Of a stretch of 20,000 nucleotides of DNA, positions 1-9,903 are shown in pieces. The translations under genes and the position numbers were made by a program. The notes under the pieces were generated by a model. The model was not told the DNA's origin, did no database searches, and saw only the letters and a list, made by a program, of their open reading frames with translations. The DNA comes from Seison nebaliae (taxonomy: Eukaryota), in the NCBI GenBank assembly GCA_023231475.1, contig JALJEE010000208.1:46184-66183 (forward strand), in the 5' to 3' direction. Each line of letters opens with the position of its first letter. Within the stretch, counting starts at the first letter, position 1.

Positions 1-39
1 TTTCACTTAATATAGTTTCTAAATATTCTACTTTGATAG

Positions 40-1579
40 TATTGTTGAGTTAATTGAATATCTTCGACCTTTATCTTATGGAGATCAACTCAAATGGAAA
101 GTGAATGAAATTGAAAAGAATTGGAGAAATCTAAGTACGACACTGTTGTGGGATGAGCATTTGCCGAGTCGAACTAGAAAATATTTGTTGGAGAACTATC
201 TTTTGTATACACACTCACCCACACTAATAGGAGTGATATCAGAAGTTTCATTTATTTTAATTTCAATCCAAAAAATTTTTGATGTGAAGGAAGAATTGGA
301 TTCATATCGAACACAAGATACATTTCTTTGTGGGAGGAATGATGACAATGAGATTCAAGTTGGTTACTATTTGAAGAGAGGAGAAAAGCAGCCTTTAATT
401 GTAGAAGCCGACGATCTTTGTACAATTCGACAGAAACATTTGAAAATTGGAAAATTATTCAAAAATTTTTTAGAAACTGCTACATCGTTTCGGATGGAAA
501 AAGGAGAGAAGGAAACTATGAAAAATTGGAAGAATGTCTTCCATCGGATAAATGTTAAATCGAATGATGATGAAAGTGATTGTCTCTTATCAATACATGC
601 ATGTCTCCGCCATCTAACGGAAAAAGAGAAGGAATTATTGAAATTTGAATTAAAAGATTATTTCAATGGAAATGATTTGATTTCTTCTCTCGTTCTCATT
701 AATAGTCCAAACGATAACATATTTTGGGATACGAGAATTGAGAAGATTATCGGAAATGGTTTCTTCGTAGAGAAATATGATAATTATCAGATTCGTCAAT
801 CTTCTTTTTCCACACCGAAAGTTCATCGAAATCAATTGATAAAAATGATGAAACAAATTAAAAACCATTTGGATGGATCGTTTAACGATTCTGTCTTGAT
901 CGATGTATGTTGCGATAGTGGATTATCATCAATCTTCTTATCAGATAATTTCCTTCAAGTATTTGCCATTGATCCCACCAAATGGTTGATCGATGATATG
1001 TTGTACAATATAGAAAGAAATAGTTCCAAATTTTTTTTTATACAGGAAATATTTGTGATATACTATTTTGATGTTTAATTAGATATCGGAAATATTTCAG
1101 CAATTTTTGGAAAATCTTATCCGAGATTGAAGGGTTTATTATATAAGTTAACGAAAGAAAAAGAGACAGATGCAATGAAGTTTAAGGATATAACGTTGCT
1201 AATTCATGTGGATTATACGAAAATAACATCTGATGGTTTTTTTTAATTACAATTTTTTACCTATTTTGTTCTAGTTCGAAAGATTGTTAGACTCGCACGT
1301 TTAAATGATAATGTGAAGAATGTAATTTATATATCTCAAAATATTGGTGGTCCAGCTCTCCATAATATTTATGAGATGACTGCTGGAAATAATCGAGGTG
1401 AAAAACTGTTTGGGAAACCATTTTTCCCTATAGACCAAATTTTCGTTGATTTAATTCCACAAACGACGGTGGTGGGAAGTGTGATATTTTTGAAAAAATT
1501 AGAAAATGATTTTCATCCACCTGACACCCGAATCTGGGAATTCCATAATGAGATTTTCGAGAATATGAAAAATTCATAA
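40..1579 (+). CDS. TRMT2/TrmA-family tRNA (uracil-5-)-methyltransferase-like protein, 5'-partial, probably catalytically inactive. Exons approx 40-244, 290-1022, 1083-1235, 1275-1579
   Basis: Translation follows TRMT2A motifs in order: LRPLSYGDQLKWK (cf. PLxxxPYxxQLxxK), YRTQDTFLCG (cf. YRNKCEFxxG), YQIRQSSF, SAM-motif-like LIDVCCDSG, VIYIS, PFFPIDQIFVDLIPQT (cf. PFxxxxAxxVDLFPQT). Introns 1023-1082 and 1236-1274 restore the frame. Intron 245-289 is 45 nt, in-frame and less certain. Confidence 0.8.
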
Positions 1580-1633
1580 AAACATTTTCTTTTTCTTCTT
1601 CCTATATCAGAGAGTGTTTTTTATAATGAGAGA

Positions 1634-3160
1634 ATGAAATTGATACGAATTCCTTTTCGGGCGTATAACGTCCGCAATTTGGACAATGATATGGCATCAT
1701 TATTCCAGAACGAGACCCGTTTGGAATCCATGAGAAGAAATTTAGATACTCGACAATTTATTGTTGATTTGGAAAAGATTCGATCGAAATGGAAAGAACT
1801 CCTTAAATTACGACAACGTATCAACGAAATAGAAAATGAACAAAAAATATTAAATAAAAAAATTCTTTCTATCGTGAGAGATGGAAATATGATACCAGAA
1901 GATTTGAAAGTTGTCGGACGTCGTTTGCGGAAGAAACATCAAGAAATTCATGAAAATGAATTGAATCCAACAGAGCTGATGTTGCGGAGAGCATTCCGTC
2001 AACTCCCCAATTCACTGCACGAATTTAGTGCACGGGTACCAAAAGCAGTAGCTCATCCACTTCGTTCCGATGATATATTTAGTTTGACAACGGTCTACCG
2101 TTCCGTCAGAAATAAACCGTCATCATCTAATTTTGCATTGAGGAGTTTCCGTCAATTGTTAGATTATTGTGCGAGACCAATGCCGACAACAGATCCAGTT
2201 CCTTGGTTTGAATGGAGATCGTCTCAACCGAAAACAACGGAGACGTTATTGCAAGATAAGAATTCGTTCATTACTTCCAAAATGGCGATTATACATGATG
2301 CAATTCCACGATATTTTAGAGGTGAATTATTGAAACTCCTAAAGAAAGAGACGATTGATGTGGAGGAAGTTGATGGTCCCTCACTCATTAAATCATCAGT
2401 TATTGACGATTGTGGTTTGGATTCAAATGATACTTCCTCCATTTATTCTTTGAACTCAACGAGCAGTACGTCTGACAATGACCGATTACATGTTGTTGGC
2501 AATGCATCGTTACCTTCATTAGTAACGAATCTCCGACATCAAACTGATGTGATTACTCCGAAAATATTTTTGACTAATGGTCGTTATTATTCAGTTAAAC
2601 GATGGCATGAAGCCAATTGTGTTAGTGTTCTAGGTGTAACAGGCAACGAATCCAAATATAATATGTTCAATAATTGGAAAAACGAAGTGAGAGATACGAA
2701 CGACATGTACAAATATTTAATAGATAAGAAAATGAATAGTTCTCAACTGGATCTTAATAAAACCGATCATATGTTCCAATGTCTATTACATCATTTCCTC
2801 CAAATCTACACGCAATTAGATATGCATTTCCGATTGGTGAATGTTAATGCAGCTGATCTGAAAAAAAACGAATCGTTACGTCTGGAAATTCATTGTTTTT
2901 CTCCATCAACTCACCAATATATTCCAGTTGCACGTCTCGCCATTCTCAACGATTATATCAGTCGCCGATCAGATATTCATATATCATCTGAAGGAAAACA
3001 GAATATAAAGTTCCCTCAGATGATATATGGGTCGCTGGTTTACACACCTTTCATGTTCGTCACTCTCATCGAAAATCGGCAATTGCCTCGCGGTTCTAAG
3101 AAGATTATCGACATTCCAGACAAATTAGAACCATATCTAGTGAATCGAACATTTATTTAA
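1634..3160 (+). CDS. Slimp: Mitochondrial seryl-tRNA synthetase paralogue, SLIMP-like (degenerate class II aaRS), 508 aa, apparently intronless
   Basis: N-terminal coiled-coil arm ending in LPNSLHE, then GPSLIKSSVIDDCG, IYSL, LHVVGNASLPS, LDMHFRLV, ESLRLEI, YIPVARLAILNDYISRR. This is SerRS layout, but the GTAE motif, motif 2 (CxRxE..GLYRVHQF) and motif 3 Arg are not recognisable. Confidence 0.8.
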   Translation: MKLIRIPFRAYNVRNLDNDMASLFQNETRLESMRRNLDTRQFIVDLEKIRSKWKELLKLRQRINEIENEQKILNKKILSIVRDGNMIPEDLKVVGRRLRKKHQEIHENELNPTELMLRRAFRQLPNSLHEFSARVPKAVAHPLRSDDIFSLTTVYRSVRNKPSSSNFALRSFRQLLDYCARPMPTTDPVPWFEWRSSQPKTTETLLQDKNSFITSKMAIIHDAIPRYFRGELLKLLKKETIDVEEVDGPSLIKSSVIDDCGLDSNDTSSIYSLNSTSSTSDNDRLHVVGNASLPSLVTNLRHQTDVITPKIFLTNGRYYSVKRWHEANCVSVLGVTGNESKYNMFNNWKNEVRDTNDMYKYLIDKKMNSSQLDLNKTDHMFQCLLHHFLQIYTQLDMHFRLVNVNAADLKKNESLRLEIHCFSPSTHQYIPVARLAILNDYISRRSDIHISSEGKQNIKFPQMIYGSLVYTPFMFVTLIENRQLPRGSKKIIDIPDKLEPYLVNRTFI

Positions 3161-3259
3161 CAATTTTTATTTCTTGTTTTATCAAATACATCAGACCAGC
3201 ATATTTTTGTAAGAGAAAAAGAAAAGAGAATAATAAAAATGAAAATTTTTTTAAATATT

Positions 3260-4009
3260 TTAATTATTTGACAATATTTCTGGTGGGGATTGTTGTTGTG
3301 GTGGTTCGTTTGGCGATTGTGTTTCATTCTTATAATCATTCGATAAATATTTTTCGTCATCATTCTCGTTAATTATCATAAATTGCGTCATTAAATAGTG
3401 ATCGATTAAATTGAGGGAACATAAAAAAATTAGAAGAATTCCTGAAAACGGTTATCAGATAAGTCAAATGAATGAAATGGGAACCTGCAAACATTCCGGG
3501 AACGCTAGAAATTATTGGCACGAATGTTGGTAATGCCAAAAGCAGATATATAATTGACAATTTCCATTGTTTCGTTAAATTTAAATAAAAGTCTGTAACT
3601 CTTTAAAAGAAAAGTTGAAAGTGGAAGTGTGAGAAAATGAGAGAACGGATAATTTTCTTTTAATTGATCGACATCATAATATTTTTGATGTTGTGAACGA
3701 AATTCGATTTCTGTCATAATTATTGCAATTAATCTTGATATGTAGACAACAAAGGCAAATTAAACAAGTTAAAAATTTCTTACCAACAATAGATAACATC
3801 CAATGAATCGGGAACCAGTCGTTGCTATACAAGAGATGGCGAACGCCCATTCACCTATCGACGAAGGTCAATCGGAAGAGCATATTGAAACAAAAGAATA
3901 TTAAATCGAAAAAAAAACATAATGTTATGAGTATTCCAAAAATCTGACGAATCGGTTTGAGATATCGATGACAAGATTGGAAAAACATTCTTTTTCTTTC
4001 ACTTTCCAT
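3260..4009 (-). CDS. TMEM72: Four-transmembrane protein, TMEM72-like (Flower/COPI-associated superfamily). Exons 4009-3919, 3854-3788, 3733-3647, 3600-3485, 3441-3260
   Basis: Four GTT..AG introns join four ORF-track fragments plus one unlisted exon into MESERKR..RQIFGILITLCEWAFAISC..IGCYLLLIAIIMTEIE..QWKLSIIYLLLALPTFVP..GMFAGILLIFL..*. The segments resemble TMEM72 as recalled (RLLGITT, FYLLxxG..E, QKFLAYLLLS, PGxMLII). Start codon uncertain. Confidence 0.6.
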
Positions 4010-4609
4010 TATTGTCGATTCGCACGAATGAAGATAAGAGTACTTGGTAACATGGTAAAATTTTAAATTAGATGGTGAATTATTTCTTTCATTAATCGAT
4101 CGGTGTAACTCATAAATTGATGGAGATTCCAATTTTAGTAGACAAATTTATTTATTTCTTTCTCATCTTCAATTCACTCGTTAGTTCTGTGGTTTGAATG
4201 AATGAATAAAAGGAATTGAAAGTGAAGCTCTTTCTCTCTCTTCTGTCGGTCCTACATAAACGAACAACTACATTAATTCCATTGCACCTTATTAAACACT
4301 CGTTCGTGTTCAATGAGGAAACTTCTCAAACACTTTATCACATTCTTCCAAATTATTCAAATAAACGATTTAAATTTCCTTTTTTATCTCATCTTAAATG
4401 TTTGTTTTCAAAATTAGCATATTTTCTATTGAATTGAGTTTTTTTTATCATTCGTTTCTTCATGTTCCTGCGTTCTTCATTTCCATCCAGAATTTGATTT
4501 ATAAAGAAAACAAGTATGAAATTTATTTCATATGATTTTCCTAAAATTAATTGAAGTGAAAGAATTTTATTTAAACACTTTATCTAGTTTTCTAAAGGAA
4601 ATTATTTTA

Positions 4610-5689
4610 TCAAGGAATCTTCTTCTTCTTTTTCGTTGTTTTCGTGTTCTTACTAATGGTTTTCGTACTCGATGGTTTCTGTTGACTACGTTGGAGTAAA
4701 TTGAGTAATTGCTCATAAGTCGAATATTTGGTTAGATAAAGTTGTTTCATAAATTCACTATTCAATTCAGAGAATATTAGTTCATGAGATTGAATGATAT
4801 TCTTTCTCGCTTTCATTAATTCAATCTTTTCTTGAAAATGATCTTCGGAACACGGATTAATTTTATTCGTTATAATATGAGTGGAAGCGATTTGTTCCAT
4901 TATATTGATATCATTCTGAGTGAGATAATTCATCATTAGTTCACGATTTCTTTTCGCATTATCTTTTATATTTTCGAATTTCTCTCTTAAAGATTCGATT
5001 CGTGTGTTCAAATAACTGTCGAGATGTTTGGAGGGAACGGAAGCATTCATTGAATGTATTTGATTGATCAGATCTTTCTGATATTCTTCATAACTTTTCT
5101 CATAATTCAGAGCATTGTTCTCGTATTTATCATCAGTTAATGTTGGTGTTTTATCACTCATTAAAATGTTAAACGTATCTTTAATCTTCTCATTTAAAGA
5201 GGCACTTTCCATCTGATTAAAATTGATATTCACATCCGATAAAGTTTGATAATTGACTTCCGATTCATTTTCTTCTTCTCGTAACTTTTGATTTTCTAAT
5301 TTACATTTCAAATTATCGAAATTCAACAAATCTTTATAATCGAATTCTGAAGCATTACTTTCTGCTTTACTTTGGTAATATTTGGGTTCGAACGTTTCCA
5401 CTTTCTCCGTTTGAATTGGACAATTTCTTAATCTTGCTTGTCGTTTCTTTAGTTTTTCTAATAAATTTCTGGATTCATCAAATAATTGCGCACCGACCGT
5501 TGAACATTCTTTTATTATGAAATCTTTATCTTCATCACACAACTCATTACCTTCACCTGCCGTCAACAACAACATTGCTTTCTTCATCTTTAATCCATAA
5601 TCTACTTGCTCTTTATTCAATTGAATGAGAGTATTGATTCCATTCCGAATTACTGTTTTTCTCTTCTTCTCATCCGTTGGATCCGACAT
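4610..5689 (-). CDS. Uncharacterised E/K/N-rich coiled-coil protein with basic K/T-rich C-terminus, about 359 aa
   Basis: Uninterrupted ORF of over 1 kb in AT-rich DNA, first ATG at 5689, helical heptad-like composition. No family recognised. Confidence 0.7.
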   Translation of the reverse strand: MSDPTDEKKRKTVIRNGINTLIQLNKEQVDYGLKMKKAMLLLTAGEGNELCDEDKDFIIKECSTVGAQLFDESRNLLEKLKKRQARLRNCPIQTEKVETFEPKYYQSKAESNASEFDYKDLLNFDNLKCKLENQKLREEENESEVNYQTLSDVNINFNQMESASLNEKIKDTFNILMSDKTPTLTDDKYENNALNYEKSYEEYQKDLINQIHSMNASVPSKHLDSYLNTRIESLREKFENIKDNAKRNRELMMNYLTQNDINIMEQIASTHIITNKINPCSEDHFQEKIELMKARKNIIQSHELIFSELNSEFMKQLYLTKYSTYEQLLNLLQRSQQKPSSTKTISKNTKTTKKKKKIP

Positions 5690-5931
5690 CACTATCGTTC
5701 GTTGGTTAAACAGAAGATTTCTTTACTTCAAAACAATTTTTAATGAATTAAACGAAATAATTATCGTATAAAATATGAGTAGAATAAATTGTTGGAGAGA
5801 AACAGTTGGAGTTGGAGAAGTCAAATGAAATTGTTTTAATGGAAATTTAACAATACAAATTATTTATGATATAAACTAGAAGAATTGTCAATTTGTATCC
5901 GTTCAAATTATAAAAGAATATTATTTAATTT

Positions 5932-8314
5932 CTAGAAATATTTCCAATCGATTAACATTTGTTGAAAGATATGAAATGAAAAGATAAAACTATTAACTGA
6001 AGCATGGATATCGAACTCTTCAATATCATCCGTCTCCGGGTTAACAGGATCACCAAAATCGGTATATTTCTCAGAACGTCTCTCTTTTTCGTTATGCTAA
6101 TAAATTATATAATTTGAACATTTATTATGAATTAGAGGAAACCTTAAACAGACGTACTTCTGGTAAGAAAGGTGGGGACAATTTACGTTCTTCTAATTTT
6201 GGAAAGTTTATTTTCTAAAAATATAATAATTTTATGGTTTTCTTCTTGTGATTTTGGGACGGGAGGGGAAGATGACTAAAATAAACTTGGAAGAAAGATT
6301 GTCGCTTGATATTTTCAAGACCATTCGGACCGAAACCTAATCTGGCCTTCGGATATCTTCGTAACATCTGGGAAATGGAAATAAATTATTTTAAGAGAAG
6401 TTTAAGAAGTAAATTTACTCGTCGTAATACATCGTACAAATTATGAGGCTTCTTTGCCACTTTGAATAACATATAACGCACTCGATCTCGGACTATCGAA
6501 TGCTCTTTAATTCTGTCCCAGGTAAAGAGATTCTGAAAAGAAAGTTTTAGAATTTTTTTAATTATCGGGAACGAGTTTTTGAAAAAAACTTTAAGAAAGA
6601 AACTTTTGGAAAAAATATCCATTTGTTTCTTTCTTTTATATTGGTTTTTAAAATTGGTTTTCTAAAAGATTTAAGCAAATTTTGGAAAAAATATTGTAAA
6701 AAAGAAAATTTTATAAAAAATTTCCAGAAATATTTTAGAATACCAATTTTAAAAAAGGGAAATTTTAGAAAAATTTTCCGAAAAAATTAAAAAATATTAA
6801 ATAAATAAATTATAATAAAAATTATGTTCAAACTTTCCCATGAATCATCCGAAACATAGTTACGGCTAAACTCCAGAAGTCTATGGCATTGGTATATGGC
6901 ATATGAGATAATAGTTCTGGCGCTGAATAAGATAATGTTCCGGCCACTGACGTGGCTGGTTCCCACCATGAAGTGGCTGATTTGCTAATACCGTAATCAC
7001 TTAATCGTGCATATCCGTCGTTATCAATGAGGATGTTATCAGGTTTAAGATCACTGAAAGAAAAATTGAGTTATAATTCTCATAAAATCGAACCGATGAA
7101 TGATACGATTGTTGTGAAGGAATTCCAATCCGATTAACATACAAGACGCGTAAAATCGAGTGGCAGAGATGCTGATAACTTTCTTTTTGTGAATAATATT
7201 TTGTAATGTGCCACGATTAGCGACTTCGATTAAAAAGAAAAGTTTAGTCTAATTGAGAGAAAAATGATTAGAGAGAAAGGAATTATAGAAAGGATGTGGA
7301 AGTGGAACTTTAGTATGGAATGAAGCGATGAGACCGATAAGAAATTTATTATGCTCCGAACTGATTAATGCATGAATGTTTCTTTCTAAGAATGCTTTCG
7401 AGAAATCTTTCTTTGTCGACATTGATGTGCGATCAATTGATTTTAAGGCAAAATACCCATATGAACGATGTCTCACTAATATCACTTGTCCGAATTTGCC
7501 TTTTCCGAGAAATTTGATGAATTCTAATTGTCTGAGTTCGATGGCACCAGTTCTAAAAGAATTGTTCAATAGAAAATAAGAGAGAAATGTGTGACCCCGT
7601 TTGGAAATTGACGACATTATTCGATTGTGATTTGGGTAATTCGAAAAAAGTATCAAGATGTTGCTCTTTCAATGGAAATGTAAATTCGAATCGTAATTTT
7701 CTCGGATCTGAAAAAGAATGGATCGAATTGATTCTATTGACGAAAAAGAACTTGCATGATATTTTGATGGAACATATGTGCCGACAATATCTTCAAGAAA
7801 CCCATTCCATTCACTTATTTCCACATCAAATTCACTTTCTCAAAAAAATTATAAGTTAATTTAACATATGACAAAATTCACTTTGATACAATTGTTGATA
7901 TTGGTGTAGTAGGAATGACAAACGTTTAGTACACAATTTACTTTCCTTCCTTAGACGTTGCAAAAGGAAACGACGATGGAGGACATGTTTCCGTTCAAGA
8001 ATCAAAGTGTCCATCATAATGAATGCTGCTTCTCTGATCTGTTTCGATTGAAAAAGGACGTCCACTCACAATTGAACAGAAATGAACTTTTAATTCAGTA
8101 CGAATATTTTGCTCGAGTTCCGGTCGATGAACTTTTATTCAATTGATATTTATTTGTATTGATGGAGAAAGAGAAAACTTGAAATACTATTGATTCGTCG
8201 CTGATTCCTTAGACCATTGATGCCACTAGAATAATCATATCCATAAAGATATTCAGTATCAGTTTCAGAATGCTTCGGTTGGATATTAGATCCGTGCTTC
8301 GATTTTTTCCGCAT
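5932..8314 (-). CDS. Divergent AGC Ser/Thr kinase with one N-terminal HR1 (Rho-binding) domain, PKN-like; about 12 exons
   Basis: HR1: LEQNIRTELK|IREAAFIMM..LRKESKLCTKRLSFLLHQYQQL. Kinase: LGKGKFGQV, FALK, HR|DLKPDN, SDYG, AGTLSYSAPE, DFWSL, LRR|MLRRYPKARLG, PPFLP. Firm introns: 8087-8039, 7308-7249, 7093-7054, 6833-6533, 6418-6368, 6286-6215. Introns near 8178, 7865, 7751, 7595 and 6142 have alternative solutions. The stop is at 5932, or 5908 if a final intron is spliced. Confidence 0.8.
6533..6833. repeat. Low-complexity alternating A-tract/T-tract sequence filling the 301-nt kinase intron
   Basis: Repeated aaaattttt, ttttggaaaaa and ttttagaaaa-like units; by far the longest intron in the window. 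Confidence 0.5.
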
Positions 8315-8856
8315 CAAATCTCCTTACGTTCTTTCATAGATACGAGGAAAGGACTTGTGAATCTATTCGTCGATCAGGAACTCAGGTCTTTCGAAATTGA
8401 TATGAAATACGTTGATGATATGAAGTTGAAATGCAACTGGTTGCTTCGTTGATAGATGAACGTAAAAAGAAAAGAAAAAAAATAGGATAGAAAGAAATTG
8501 ATAGAACTTCCAATTTTGATATGTAGTGAAAAGAAACGAATTCATACCCAAACCATTTCCACTTTACATCAAATTACTTTTTCCATTTTCCGTTAACGAA
8601 GTTTATTAATTTTTCACATTTCTTCAAAACTATTCCTCCAAACTCGAACTTTTCTTGATTTTTCTTGTGATTTGTGAATGGAAATTTTTAAATGGATATG
8701 TCAAGTTCAAAATGACGATTGGTGAAGATATTTTATAGAATTGAATGAGTTTTGAGAAGAGTTTTAGTTTAACAAAAAAGAATGAAAATTAATTTATTTT
8801 CTATAAATGAAAATATATAAGTAATGTATAAAGTAAGATAATTTCTTGTACACAAT

Positions 8857-9569
8857 TTATTTCTTTTGGATTGGTAGATAAAGTTTAAATTCAGCGGGTA
8901 ATTCGTCGTCTGAATATAACCTATCGGAGAAGTAAACACGTCGTATTCTACAATTAGCATGAATCTAAATGAGAATATAATGAAACATAGTAGAAAGAGA
9001 TGAAAGGTTGAACTTGTACACGAAGTGTCTCGATGTAATTTGTTCCGTAAGCTCGTCGAGTGAAATCGGAAAGGTTAAATTGAATCTGGTTCCAACCTTC
9101 GTCCAATCGCATTGGCATCGTGCAAATGAAAGGTTTGACTCGGGTCGTCGATTGGTAGTTAGATGCGCGGAATCGCCGTCGTACATTCTTGTCATCGAGA
9201 ACTTGAACTTCGAAAGTGAAATATTTCTTCAAGTTCTTAATTATCATGACGAGAAAAGGAAGCTTAATTCCTAAGGTTTGTTTTGGATCTGAAGGACAAG
9301 TGATAAATGTTGTACTGAAAATGGAGATGAATTGAGAAGGATTGATGATGAAAATTAACCTGACATTCGTCCCCACTATTTCCAATACTAGTGATTGGAT
9401 ATCGTTATCGGTGATTCTTTTGATATGGCCATTTCTCACCTGGAAATCGATAATATAAGAATGTTGAAATGAACTTCAATCGAACTTTCTTATCCCAAAT
9501 CTGTAGAGGTTTACTACCGATCGAGAATAGAATGGATAGGAATCCGGATTGAAACGAGTTTTTGAACAT
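8857..9569 (-). CDS. CFAP20: Cilia- and flagella-associated protein 20 (BUG22). Exons 9569-9486, 9439-9360, 9314-9014, 8964-8857
   Basis: Spliced translation [98 protein letters not shown] is near-identical to animal CFAP20, which fixes the intron boundaries exactly. Confidence 0.98.
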
Positions 9570-9842
9570 GATTCCGAGGTTGGTTTGAATACGACTGGAA
9601 TTTGTAGTATGAGGAGAAGGAATAAATAGTATTTAAAGAAACGATGATGGAATTTGACGTCCTACGCGGTTTATTGTGTCTTCCTCCAAATAATGTCGTC
9701 AAGACGACGGATGTTAATTTATTATTTATACTGGAGTGAATCAAATATTGTGATGATGACTACTATGGACATTTGGTGAGATGTCGGAGAGTTGTTGGAA
9801 ATTGTTGGAAATGATGTCTCTGAAAATTTCCCGTTCAAATCT

Positions 9843-9857
9843 GTTACTATTGACAAC
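9843..9857. promoter_or_regulatory. Putative RFX X-box in the CFAP20/BBS4 divergent promoter
   Basis: GTTACT-ATT-GACAAC, an imperfect palindrome with 3-nt spacer, about 46 nt before the proposed BBS4 ATG, between two ciliary genes. Confidence 0.55.
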
Positions 9858-9903
9858 GAGGAAAGTTAGGCTTAGCCGATTTCTTAGTATTATCGGAAAA
9901 TTG

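Noticed and set aside
4046..4059. X-box-like GGTAACATGGTAAA upstream of the TMEM72-like gene
   Set aside because: Three mismatches to consensus; too weak to support.
6533..6833. MITE in the long kinase intron
   Set aside because: Self-complementarity is explained by A/T tracts; no defined terminal inverted repeats or target duplication seen.
7553..7881. Kinase linker introns, including a GTC donor at 7595 and an aaagtgaattt direct repeat near 7884 and 7838
   Set aside because: Several frame-compatible solutions and no homology to choose between them, so excluded from the splice-site counts.
9315..9359. Apparent 15-aa insertion in the CFAP20 ORF-track translation
   Set aside because: It is a 45-nt stop-free GTT..CAG intron; removal restores the conserved NVSTT sequence.
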